This document shows positions 48,933 through 61,252 of a stretch of 64,000 nt of DNA, one piece after another. The notes below the pieces were generated by a model that saw only the letters and a list, made by a program, of their open reading frames with translations, had not been told where the DNA came from and made no database searches. Source of the DNA: Macrostomum lignano (Eukaryota); the NCBI GenBank assembly GCA_002269645.1, contig NIVC01002766.1, positions 78,331-142,330 on the forward strand, written 5' to 3'. The translations under genes were made by a program, and so were the position numbers. The first letter of the stretch is position 1. The number at the start of each line of letters is the position of its first letter.

Positions 48933-51799
48933 CCCGGACTTCAAATTCAAGATGCTAAATTCCCTGGATCTAGAGTTCTATTCTAACTATGCCAACAGCT
49001 ATGATCCACAAATTTATGACCCACAAAATTGTTGTTGGAAAGTATAAAATATCAGCTTTAATGTGTCAAAAAATCAGCCTTTTATGCCTTTCAAAAAAGG
49101 TAATCTTTTTCTATTTGAGCTAGGGTTGTAGCTTTAGAATATATAGTATTATAGTATATACTATATATATATACTATATGAACTATAGTACTATATTGAA
49201 CCTCCATTTTTAGGGAGCACATGTCTATCAACATATGAACCACAAGTTATTTTTTTACACATCTTGCTTGTTGTGGAGACAAGAGGCTAATTCAAAATGC
49301 TAGCATTAGAATGAACAATTAAGTCAGTGACACCAACACTATCTTGGAGACATTTAATAAGGAGTATTTTGGTATTACATTATATAAACCTGACTACCTA
49401 GCATAATTTATGAGTTTCTGCTGATGTAATAAATATGATAGGCTATATATATAGCCTATATATATATAGGCTATATATATATAAAGTTATATATATATAA
49501 CTTTAAGTTCTTTTGAAATTAGTATTGTTATCATTGTATTAGTTTATTCAAATACTTTAGAGCATGCAAGATGCAAGTAAAGTGTAGTCTGATGAAAGTA
49601 GTAGTTAATTACTTATTCTAACAATTTTACTAATTTTTAGTACACTTGATATACACTAAAAATGTCTTTCAAAATTAATTTTAGATAAAAGTTCTTTATT
49701 AGGTGATGAGCCTGTTGCATCAAAAAGACCATGTAAAAAACTAAAAGGTAAGTAAATTGCAATGCCATTGGTGTGCATTAAATGATTATTCAAATGGGCT
49801 GTCAATATATTTGCCATAACATGCTCTTAAGGGTGTTTGAAGTTTAGCTCTGTTTCAAATTGACTTATTTCAATAAGTTGACAATCTTGTTTGGCCAGTC
49901 ATTAGCACCAAATTGTATCTATGGACTATGTCCTCTATAGGTATACTAGATGATAATAAATCAAAATAGAATTTTATATTGAGATGGCTATTACTATTAT
50001 ATTGGATCTAATAACCACCAACCAAGTAGTTTTTTGTTTCATTTTCTTTCAGAAATACAATTGCTTTAATAGACTCTTTACTCTCTTCCCTTGGCATTGC
50101 TACTAATGTGGCTATACCAATACTAATGATTTTAAGTGAAACTACTACTGCTGACTCAATAGGTATAAGTCTATTTTAATGAATATATATATTATTATTA
50201 TGATGCCATTACTTAACAGTTAAGAAAAAGGCATCCACTTGCATTTTAGAGTCAATGGAGTTGGCAAACATGGAGCATTGACTAATTGCATAGATGTGCC
50301 AATTAGTCGATGGAAAAGACAATGCTATCATACATCAACCATTAAAAGTCATTGTTTAAAGAGCACTTTTGCAATAAGGCTATATTTAGTATACTTTTTA
50401 ATGAAGGCTCAATTCTACAGTTATACATGTTCTGCTCATTTTACTTGCTCATTATTACTATAAAAATAACCATTTTACTATTTATACAGTCACCATAACA
50501 ATTAGGCCTAATAACTGCATAAGGCTAAAAAATATAATATATAATATATAATTTCAATTTTTTATTTCCTTTTTGTTTTTTAAAACTATTTTTATAGATT
50601 GAAAAATAATAATCTAGAACATAGTCATACATATTGCAAACTTTAAATACTAAACTAAAGTCCAGAAAAGAACATTGGATAGGGGCCTACACACACTTGA
50701 ACTAAGTCTAAGTCTAATGGTTCTTAACCTGTGAGTCGCAACCCTTAGTGGAGTTGCTACATTGCCTGACCATTTTCTAGGGGTCACAGCAAGAAATATG
50801 TGAGTAAGTAATACTTAATTATGCATTATATTGATTATAAAAGGGGTTGCAAACATTAAAAATTGATCTGCAAGTGAATAAATTGGTAGGCCCTAGTCTA
50901 GCTAGCTGTCTAGGATTAAGTAAGAATAGCTAGAGAAGGGAATGCTCTAATAGCAAATGTAAATATATTATAATGCCAAATTATGTTCCAATCCTAACCT
51001 CAAGATACAGGCCTATAATGTTTTTTTCTCTAATATTGGAGACTGGACTAGAAGCTTGTGTGAAACAATACTTTGCTAAATTGATTTGTCCCGCTATGAC
51101 TGTGATCAACTTTACAATTTTGTTGAGCTAAGGCCCTACCTGGCCTAATCTTACAATAGTTAGGCCACTATGCCTAGGCTAAACTAGACATAGACACTTA
51201 ATATTATTTGAATGAAAAGCTATTTATATACTATTAAACCATTACACACTTCTATTCTATTCACTCTAGAACCTAATAAATAGCTGATACAAGAAAAAAC
51301 CTTAAGCATTGATAACATTGCGGATTAAATAGTAGTAGTAGTAGTAGTAAGTTTGGCTCAGGCAAAGAGCCTGTTTTGCCTATATGATTTGATGTATTTA
51401 ATATTTGTTGAAAATGTTGATTTTCTTTAATAAAAAAGTCCAAACAAGAATTTGAATTGCCGCTTTTTTAAAGCGCATTGAATTATTAGCCTTTTCACGA
51501 AGTCTACTCCAGAATCGGAGTAAATTCCGATTCCAGAACCAGATTCGCTAGGAAAATGAAAAGCATCGAGTAAATTTTATTTTTTGTCAAAAATTACTTA
51601 ACATTTTTAATATTTTATTTTTTCTAAGTTACTTATTTTTTGCCTTTGAAGTTATATTAGAAGTTAAATTGACTTTAAATATTTTTCATTTTTTCCATAG
51701 AAATATGTAAATATGTCAGCCAGCTGTCCTTCTTCCGCCCTGCGCAGGGCCCTGCTTGGACTCAACCGCAGGGACATCAGCTAGGGCGGTGACCATGGC

Positions 51800-51960
51800 C
51801 CTCTCGGGTCGTGGCTGTTTTATTGCCAGGCATCGCCACCTCCGGGAAAAATCCGCAGTGAGAGGAATTATTGCCCATTCCACCTCTACGGTGTCGAGAA
51901 TGTGGAGCACTTCATCTGTGAATTTTGTACAGTAAATTTGTCCCCGACTTAAGCATTGAT
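51800..51960 (+). mobile_element. Decayed LINE 3' fragment (C-terminal Cys/His finger region)
   Basis: One frame reads CPFHLYGVENVEHFICEF; nucleotide similarity to 54520-54690. Confidence 0.45.
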
Positions 51961-52879
51961 CTTTGGACAAATTTACTATACAAAATAGTTACTACTCGTC
52001 AATTTTTGCGTCACACAAATATTTATTATCGTTATAGTCTCGTTAGATCCTTTTTCGTTTTATTAAAATAAACCTAGCTGAATATATGCACCACCGGAGT
52101 GCGAAACGCGCGACGACACTCGAATGTTGACTATTGGATTCCTATTCGTAGCTCGTAGCAATTCAGCGACGCAGCTTGTTGCCTTCGCTTCTCCCGCTTC
52201 AACTCTTCATTAGCCGCAGAAACGTCAGCTGCTGCATGGCCGCTTTGTCGTCCTGTCGATAAAGCGGTCGGTGTACGCGCAGGCTATCCTAAGTTTGCGG
52301 CCAGGCTCAGACTGGGTTTTTTAAGTTTGGAAATCCAGTTGCCAGCTGGCCCTTGGGGCTCAAAATCCTGTTGCCAATGGCTATTTTCTGTTGCCCATTG
52401 GAAACTAGCCAAATTCTCGAGGATGGATATTTTCAAGGCTACGTTTGAAAAGCAGAAATTTGTTCTCTCAACTCTAAGATTGCTATATCTATGCTGCAAA
52501 CAATCCAATGTACTATAAAATGAAAATCTTGATTGCTTGCTTGTATGTTTGTGCGCAATCTAACAATTCCATCATATCGATTCATATGACAATTTTTTAC
52601 ACTTTCAAAATTATTTTTGAAATTGGCAACTGGGCACACGGGGGAAAAGAAGTTGCCAGATTGGCCTCTGATGCCGAAAATCCAGTTGCCAATGAGATTT
52701 TCAAGGGGCCAAAAAAACCCGTATGGCCCAAAAAAACAGGGATCAGTTCTATATTATGCTTCTTGTGTGCTCTCCGCCACTGTTCGACTCGCTCTCCGCT
52801 CCTTTAACTGCAGCCGAGAGCGGCCGCCTCACCAGATTCTCCATTGAGTCGAGGATGCATGGGTAGTAGGCCCAGACTC

Positions 52880-54000
52880 CATTGAGGAGTCTTTACCGGT
52901 AGCGGAGAACTTCGCTACAGCCCGAATCGTCATTCAATTCGCGACTGGAGATAACGAGAGCAGACATCGACTCAGCCGAGCTGCTGTTATCGGAGCAGCT
53001 CCACCAGGTGCATGGTTGCCGGTCGGTTGGCACGGTTCCAAAAAGCACCGACTTGCGCGCCGTCAAATGTGGTGGCATCAATTCTCAGATTCTCTATAAC
53101 TACTGACTGCATGAGCGGTTTTCAAGTCCGCGCGACCTCCGTCGACTCGAGCAACGCCTTTTAAAGTACTAACGCCATAGAGTCAGTAAAAACAGTCTCA
53201 GCCGACAGGTTAATTGGGTCCCGATTGTCAAACGACCATTTCAGTGCTGTCCGATCGCATGGTCTACTGCTGAACAGCTGGGTAAAGCTTGAGCCGAAGC
53301 TGACAACATTACATTTACTCCAGAAGGTAGGGATTTAAGGAACAATAGGAGCGCCTCCATTGCTGAACAAAATGTTCGGACCGCTCATCGATCCGCTCCT
53401 TCTGCGCCAAGTCCCTTCGCCTGGAACAGGGGTGGCCTCGTCTAGGAATGCCGTGAGCTCAAACTCGGCCTCGCTGCTCAACTGCTCTACCAATAGAATT
53501 CAGATCGCAAGTTGCACTTCACATCGCGCAGATCTGGAAGGCCGTTCACTTTCTCCCGTAGTTTCAGTCCCGACAGCCATGGTTGAGCTGCGGTCTGCGA
53601 AGGGCCCGAACCTTGCGACCTTGTCAAGCCGACTATCCTCAGGCTTGTACGGCTCGTATTGCGGCACGCGAACCCTTGGGATTGTGAGACTAACTTTATC
53701 TATGCTCGGCATCTCCAGCTCGACAACGCTGCTCATTTCGATTTTCACCTTGGCTCCGGCAACCACTGCTGAGGTAGCATTCCTTGAGCTCGGCCGCGAG
53801 CCGTCCACCTCGCAGTAGCCCGCATCGACAGCCGCACTGTAGGTAGGTGGCTTTGGCCTCGGTCTTTTGCGGCACTCGCACTTGACGGTGCGATTGTTCA
53901 ACTCAGCAACCAGTCGGTACACTTAGGACGGATTAGTCATCAGGAAACTTAAACTTATAACGTCGCTCAGGGTATCTGAGCTTCGATTCTGGTACAGCGT
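52880..54000 (-). mobile_element. Possible decayed non-LTR retrotransposon ORF1/endonuclease remnant
   Basis: Coding-like GC content and a 140-aa open stretch (53500-53922) followed by broken frames; no diagnostic motif recognised with certainty. Confidence 0.25.
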
Positions 54001-54519
54001 TCCAACCGATGATGCTGACCTGCCCCGAGGACTCGACCAGGGGGCCAAGGCCGCTGATTTGCAATTGCGTAGCCGTCGTAACAAAGCCAGCAGTCCATCT
54101 TGAGCCCTTGACAAGCAAACAATTTTTAGGTGAGCGAGAGGCTGGAATAGAGAAAGGGGGCTGCAATGAGCTTTATATAACGCCTGCAGCGCTTGTGAGA
54201 GGTTGGGGGTGTGCTTCAAGCGTAAGTAGAATATTTTTCTTCCCTTGTCGCAATCTGTCGCTCTACTACATGTATGGTCGTATGCAACGAAACCATGAAT
54301 GTCATTCAATCCCTGTAAAATTGTGCACTTGCACTAATAGTGCGTGTACAGGAGGCCTTTTGCAAGTTGCAACACGCATCATTTTTACTTGGGTATGAAA
54401 CTGGCAGCGTACGCAAGCTTCTATTTTTAGGTCTTGAAACTGAACGCACAATCGTACACCAACAGGCACTGTACTGATACTAACTTTTCTTAAGTAGAAT
54501 TGCTTTTTAATGCTGAATA

Positions 54520-54690
54520 TACTACTATTAGACAACCATTGCCCTTCCAGGGTAAAATCCTCAGTGACGAATCCCCATTCTGCCTCTCCGGCGTTGAGAA
54601 TGCGGAGCACTTCATCTGTGACAGCCCCGACTTTGCTCAGGACAGACTCACCTACTTCGGCTTAAACCAGGATATTTACGGATTTAGTGT
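54520..54690 (+). mobile_element. Decayed LINE 3' fragment
   Basis: ESPFCLSGVENAEHFICDSPDFAQDRLTYFG resembles the SPxCxxxxxEtxeHfxcxCPxfxxxR terminal finger of LINE ORF2. Confidence 0.5.
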
Positions 54691-55267
54691 AATTAGATGT
54701 TAACTGACTAGTGATCCTGTTCTAACCTTAGCGACAGAAACGTTTTGCGTTAAAGATATTTGTTTAAAACATCCGCATCCGCCTAAACGATGAATTAAAA
54801 TATTTATTAAGATCTTAGTCTTTAGAACTGAAACATTCATAGTAGCCCTTCAAGACAGATTTCTTCGATAGCCTTCATAATGCATATACTGTATATAATG
54901 ATCTATAACAAGTTCTATAACAAGATATTCTAGAACAGTTCTTGTACTGTTCTATAACAAGAAGTTATAGAATTGATTGATTAAATTTGTTTTTTGCTTT
55001 GCAGCTGTCTAGCAAACATTAAAAACAGACAAAAATTAACGAAAAATCAATCAGTAAACGCGAAATAGCAAACAATTCAAAGATTTTGGAGCAAGGGGTG
55101 TTTGGAGAATCATGTCGAGTCAGTGTAATATTTTAAACACGATTGAGAAGGTTAAAATGGATACAGTACATTAATCAATCACTCAATCAATCAATCAGTC
55201 AAGCAATATATCAATCAACAATCAATCAATTATCAACCAACCCATCAATCAATCAACGAAACAATTA

Positions 55268-55525
55268 TCAATCAATAAGACGCGGCCTCAGATCACGTGA
55301 TCCGCCCAGGTGCCGTCTTAAATATTCGTACAGCGCGCTCTGCAACGGCCGGTCGTTCAACGATTTCTCATCTTCTTCTTGGAGCGTCGAGTCGGCGTCG
55401 TGGATCTCGGAATCCTCGGCGTAGTCGGGTAGGTAGCGACCGTTCGCTGGAGCAGCCTGGTGATGCACTAAGAGTAAGATCAACAGAAATAGCTTGGTTA
55501 GCGAGCTGTATGGCTCTGAGTTCAT
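55268..55525 (-). CDS. Small secreted protein / putative neuropeptide precursor (possibly first exon only)
   Basis: Hydrophobic signal-like stretch (KLFLLILLLVHHQAAPANG), acidic spacer and dibasic RR; GC-rich island in AT-rich DNA; AG acceptor 7 nt upstream of the ATG. Confidence 0.55.
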   Translation of the reverse strand: MNSEPYSSLTKLFLLILLLVHHQAAPANGRYLPDYAEDSEIHDADSTLQEEDEKSLNDRPLQSALYEYLRRHLGGSRDLRPRLID

Positions 55526-56523
55526 GCTTGCACTGACAATGACTGTTAGCTAAGTAATTTGCTTAGGTAACTTTATCCAGCTTGAAGGGCCAGCAAAGCC
55601 CGTAGCATTGTCTTGTTTATAGAGTTTTAAAACTCCCGGATGCTGTTTTTGTTCTCAAAATTATAATATCCGTCATTTTTCCGTCAAGATCAAACCAAAA
55701 TTTGTTTTTTGACTGTGAGCTGAAAATTTACATTAATTGTGGGGCTGGCACATTTACTCTATTGTCTGTATTGCGTCTGCCTGCCTGTTGTGGAGAAAGA
55801 GTTTTTTCGGAGAAGAAAATATAATGGACAAAACATACCCTCAACTTATAGAGGTGAATAATTACCTTTCCAAGATGCATTTCGAGTGGCAAGTTGACAA
55901 GATTAGAGATGCGATAAGGTAAACTTGGCTATGCTCAAAGAGTTTTTTTGCATTTCTTTAGTATCTTAGACAGACAGCAAACACATTTGCTATATGCATC
56001 TTAAGGATTTCGACAATATTTCGGCAAGCTGGCAGATATTTTTGTTTCAGAATTTGCTAATTCACTCTTTCATAGATATACACAAAGCGCTCGTATCCAC
56101 ACTTAGTTGAATCACCGACTGAAGGAACAGAGGTATAGCTTAGTTCACCTAAGCTCACTAGAAGAGCAGAAACTGCTGCAGATAAACATCTCGATGAAAC
56201 ATCTGTTATAGAAGTGTTCATTCACTGCTATGACGGATGTGGGAATGAATAACTGTACAAGTGAGCAAATATATGGCATTTTATAAGCCAATTGATGCTA
56301 GCAGTTTGACAAGCACTAAGGGACGACTTTTTGGCACTCTATGGTTCAACCCTGGGGCTTCGGAGCTACCAATTTAATAAACGGAGCATATAAAGTGCAA
56401 AATGCTATGTATACAAATTCGCTGCATGACTCACGGAAATCAATTGCTCAAATCCGTCAAAGTCTGATTTAAGCTGAGTAAAAAACAACAGTTTGCGAGA
56501 ATCCACGACAGGAGGGACGTCAG

Positions 56524-57285
56524 ATGCCGATCAATTATGACAACGTTTTTACGGACGTCGACTTGGCCGATTCGGCCGAGTTTCTGTCGCGTCTAATTGA
56601 AGTTGAGCAGTGCACAGAATTCGAAGACGAGCTTCAGGACGAGGCGGAGGACGATGAAGAAGAGAACCCTGCAGCTGAGAAGGGCGGCCGCACAGCATCA
56701 GGCCTATCCGGATTCAGACAGTGGCTCACGCGCACCAAGCAGCTCGGTCGGCGAGCGTCCCGCCTCCTGCAGGCGGTCGATTCGATGCACGCGCCAAGGG
56801 ACCAACGCAACCATATGGCCGACATGATTCGGCTCAACCTGCTGCTCGAGTGCAACAGCGCCATCGGATTCAACGCCGATGGAACTTTGCGCAACACGGA
56901 GGCGGCAGCCAGCGTTACACCCTTTGAAGACGACTTGGACGATGAAGACTCTGATGAAGATTCTGAGCATGTACGCGACGATGCCGAAGTACTCATGACC
57001 AAGGAACGCGTGCTGTCCAGCACATCGTCTGGCAGTCACAGTTTGATCATCGTCACCATTCTGATTTTGATTGGCTCCGTCGTGTCCGCGGTGGTGGCCC
57101 CTGACTGGTTGAAATGGCAGTCCGAATGGCTGCTCCTGGTGACGTCCACCGCCGCCAGTCTGATGATCAGCGTGGCCGTTTTTGCCAGAGCCGGCCGGAG
57201 GCGGAGGTCCATTGCCGCCTACCGCGAAATGGGCAAAGAGTTGCAGAGTAACCGGATCATGCTCAGTACCATTAAGCATGGATGA
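56524..57285 (+). CDS. Hypothetical 253-aa intronless protein with acidic tracts and two C-terminal transmembrane helices
   Basis: GC-rich ORF with CAG|ATG start context; two hydrophobic segments (LIIVTILILIGSVVSAVVA; WLLLVTSTAASLMISVAVFA) followed by RRRRR. Confidence 0.7.
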   Translation: MPINYDNVFTDVDLADSAEFLSRLIEVEQCTEFEDELQDEAEDDEEENPAAEKGGRTASGLSGFRQWLTRTKQLGRRASRLLQAVDSMHAPRDQRNHMADMIRLNLLLECNSAIGFNADGTLRNTEAAASVTPFEDDLDDEDSDEDSEHVRDDAEVLMTKERVLSSTSSGSHSLIIVTILILIGSVVSAVVAPDWLKWQSEWLLLVTSTAASLMISVAVFARAGRRRRSIAAYREMGKELQSNRIMLSTIKHG

Positions 57286-57961
57286 GCGCCCGGGGGAAGT
57301 ATGACCTGCGCGACCTCGACGAGATGACGTCTTTATATAAAGTGTTACCATCAACCTCAGGTGACATCGATCGTGTCTAACAGACGAGCGTCGCCTTCAA
57401 TCAGGTGACTCCTCAACCTTGTTTATAAAAAGTACTGAAAAATGATTTGGAAGATTGATGAAGCTCTTTTAATCACTAGCTAAGCTAGCTCACTGGCAAT
57501 ATTAGTAGTTGATGGTATATTTTAATTAATACAGTACATGTCCATTTGTTGCAGAATTGTTACTCGAATACACGTCAACTGCCACTGGCTTGCAAAAGTA
57601 TATTTGTGCATATATCTATTTACATGCGAAATCAAAATTGATTATTAATTTTTAAGTCTTGCTATGCAAGAAAACTTTACAACATTGCTGTACCGTGTAG
57701 AGCAATGAGTCATCATCTAGAGCAGTAGAATAATACTCATTTCAGTCAAGAAACAATGAAAGCGAGTTTTAAACTGCTTTAAAGTGGTTTGAAATCTGTT
57801 TCTAAGAATAGACAAACAACGTTGGGGAATCTCAATAGACTTGGGCTGACGAACAGAGGGCTTTCTGTGGATGCTGTGATTTTAAATATTTTTGTAACAC
57901 TATTTAATGTCGATTTTAGCATAAAATTATGATAGAAAATTCTTGTCGCTAGCTGACACTG

Positions 57962-58910
57962 CTAATTCAAGACGCCCATCTCGATCAGTCTGGACAGGTA
58001 GCTGGCATTATTGGCGACAATGAATGCCCGTACGCTGGGGTGCTCCAGATTGAAGGCGAAATGAGCTCGTTTGTGCAGTTTACCCCGACCGTCGGGCTGC
58101 ATCACGCCGTAGTATTTGTTAGCCGGCCTGGTGAAGTAGTCGCGAATGCACCGACTCAGCTTCTCGTAACTCATGTGCCGATTGCGCTTGTAGCAGCCCC
58201 ACAGTTCGGCGACCTCGTTAGTGTCGGTGAACTTGAACACGCCTGGTTGAGACCACTGATCCTCCACCCAGGCCAAGCCGGAGTGCCCTCGCAGCAGCAG
58301 TAGCAGGATGAACTGCCAGAGCAGCATCGGCCGCTCCTTCTTCTGCCATCGAGGTACGGACGACCTCGATTTCGACTCGCTGCTGTCCGTCTGCTGCGGA
58401 GCGATTGACTGTTGCGGAGCGATGGAGGTGTCTGGAAATAATTTGAGAGCGTACGAGTATATGATAGTCATGCAGGGCTCCATGCAGTGTCGAGACGCGC
58501 TCGTTTGCAACCTGAATCGGAACCTTACCGTAACAGTAGTACGAATCGCTTCGTGACATCAATGAGTCATCAAAAATCGACGACTGCTGCCTGCCGTAGC
58601 CGGGTGTAATGCTAACAACATTTTGTCCCAGCGCCTGTCCAGGAAGCCCCGATTCAGTCACTGACATGAAATCTGGTTGCTCTAAAATCGGCATGCATTG
58701 TTTGCGTTTGTAGACATCAACATTGACTAATTAATTATTTGCTTATGAGATTGCAATGATTAAGTACTTACCAAAGATTGCTTCCAAATCTTGGAAAGGT
58801 ACACTAACGCCTGTTAGTTGGTGCCTCTCATTAAAGAGGTTTTGATGCTGCAGCTGCTGCGGTTGCTGCTGCTCGATGGGGTTTGAAATCATCATTGCTA
58901 GGCACTCCAT
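57962..58910 (-). CDS. Divergent ETS-domain transcription factor; exons ~58772-58910, 58529-58681, 57962-58431
   Basis: LLWQFILLLL...LAW...GVFKF.D.NEVAELWG.YK.N.HMSYEKLSR follows the ETS consensus. Three exons join in frame via phase-1 GTAAG donors and AG acceptors. Confidence 0.8.
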
Positions 58911-59350
58911 TGCACGGATATCGAATGTATTTTTCAAGGATTTATGAATAAATGTCGTCGTTCTCAAGTAGTTCAATGTCGGCTACCCGCCAAAACGAAC
59001 CACAATTTATGCAACTCGCACGAACAATAGGCCCATTGTCTCTCCTAAAGGGCCTGCATATACCAGTAGACTATTGAGTTCACGTACGCGCTGCCATTGG
59101 CTCAACTGCGCTGGCCTGACTTGCTCAGTGCTTTTGGATTGTCGGACTCAAAAACCGGGGTTGACAGCCGAGCCATGAGCTGAGCCGAGCATATCCCAGA
59201 TTTGATTGGCCGGATCTGCATTGAGCTGCGGTGCGCCAGCAAATCCTGGAGTTGCATACGGATGCCATCCGCAAAATAATAGCGCCATTGTCATTACCAC
59301 GCCACCCAAACCAGAGATTACTTTTGCTTGAGTCTAGCTAAATATAATTA

Positions 59351-59617
<267 letters not shown>

Positions 59618-60450
59618 GATGCGTGGGTCGACGTCAACCGGAGAAGCGGCTCAGCGTGCTTGGCTACGCCGACGACCTCGCCCTGCTGTCCTCGACCGTC
59701 GAGGGCGCCCAACGGCAGCTAGACAGGCTAGTTGCCGTTGCGGTGAGTGTCGGCCTGGTGGTCAACACGCAGAAGACAGTTGTGCTCTGCGTGCCGGACG
59801 ACATCGAGGCTGCAATATTCTGCCGAGGCGCTGACGGGCAGGCGACCGAGCTCCCGCGATGTCAGCAGTTTGTCTACCTCGGCGGTCTGGTTCCAGACGC
59901 TCGCGAGGACCTGCGACGCCGCCGCGGGCTTGCCTGGGCTGCCTTTCGTTCTGTAAGGGCAGTCCTCCAGTCCGAGGCCCTACCGGACCGCCAGAGGGCG
60001 GCGCTGTTCCAGGCGGTAATCGAGACCGTCCTGCTGTACAACACCGAGACCTGGACGCTGACGGACTCACTCAAACAGCAAGTCGATGCGGCGCACGCTG
60101 GCCTGCTGCGCGCCGCCTTCAACATCGGCGTTGAGCGAGTCAACAACGCGGCACTCTATCGCCGCGCTGGCCTGCCACGTCCAAGCGATCTACTGCGCCG
60201 TCGGCGACTCCAGCTCGCAGGCCATCTTATCCGCGCCGAGTCGTACTGCCCACAGCCGGTGCAGGAGGTGCTGCTGCTCACGCTGCAGGCACCCTACCGG
60301 CGAGGTCAAGCGCGAACTCGGCGTTACGTCGACTGTCTGCTGGCTGACGCCGGCGCCCCGGACACTGCCGGTGGCGCGGCCTTTGTTCGCGCCCAAGCCA
60401 TGAAGCGCGCCCTGTGACGCTGTGATGCATCTATACATATCTATCTGTCT
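59618..60450 (+). mobile_element. 5'-truncated non-LTR retrotransposon (RTE-like RT C-terminal half); ORF 59623-60417
   Basis: YADDLAL catalytic motif, GLVVNTQKT, FVYLG, VLLYNTETWTLT and RRRLQLAGH, typical of RTE-clade ORF2. Confidence 0.9.
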
Positions 60451-61074
60451 GTACTTTAGTTTTTTGTTTACGAAATATGAGTGCTTAGGCCAAGGTAAAC
60501 AGCGCGCAGCTAAAGTAGTTGTGTAATTTTGCAACACTTGAGACTGGAAAGCAACCCGAAGTCCCGTGACAGTTCGTTTCACAATGCAACTTCTAACCAA
60601 GCGTTTTTCTAGACAGGGGCTGTCTAATCTATAGCTACGCATGCTATAGCTTTTGTCAAATCTGCCTCATTGTTTTAAGCTCTTTTGTAACACGACTGAG
60701 TGCTCCGCGAGTCTGACTCGAGAAGGCTGCTCCTGAGACACTGAGAAACAAGCTCAGCCGCGCCTCTTTCTTAACGAATCGAATTGCAGTCATATGTTTA
60801 TTACTGTTTTTCTACTTTAATGCTCGCACAAACCTTTCTGCACATCCGCGTGTTGAGGCTAGTTTTTTTTTAATAATTATAGTGCTCAAGTTTCAGGTTG
60901 ACGTTTTATGCAGAAAGCAAAATATTTAAGAGCTAAGCTGGATTATGTTGAAATTTCGCGCATCCTGTCAGTATTTAATAACAATTAACTGTATGCATAA
61001 TACGTATCTGTGGTGCATCACAGTCTTTAACATTGTTGCAACCAACCAAAAAGGTACTTTATGTTCACAAATCG

Positions 61075-61118
61075 TCGGTGGCGCCCCCCCCCCAATGGAA
61101 AATCCTGTTTACGCCACT
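61075..61118. mobile_element. hAT-like MITE terminus (...CCCCCCCAATGGAAAATCCTGTTTACGCCACTG)
   Basis: The reverse complement CAGTGGCGTA... is a common hAT-type TIR pattern; no partner end was identified. Confidence 0.35.
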
Positions 61119-61252
61119 GAGGAGGGGACGCAGGCCTAAAAATGGACCCCACAAAAAAGGCTCCTAAAAAATAAATGAAAGTGATGACCAAGCTCAACGA
61201 AGGACTGAAGCTCAGCTTTTACCCCCGCTTGGAAGTGACATATCCCGAGCGC

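Noticed and set aside
58512-58528. 17-nt GTAAGG...TTCAG micro-intron in the ETS gene
   Set aside because: Removing it does not give the ETS frame; a 97-nt intron (58432-58528) does.
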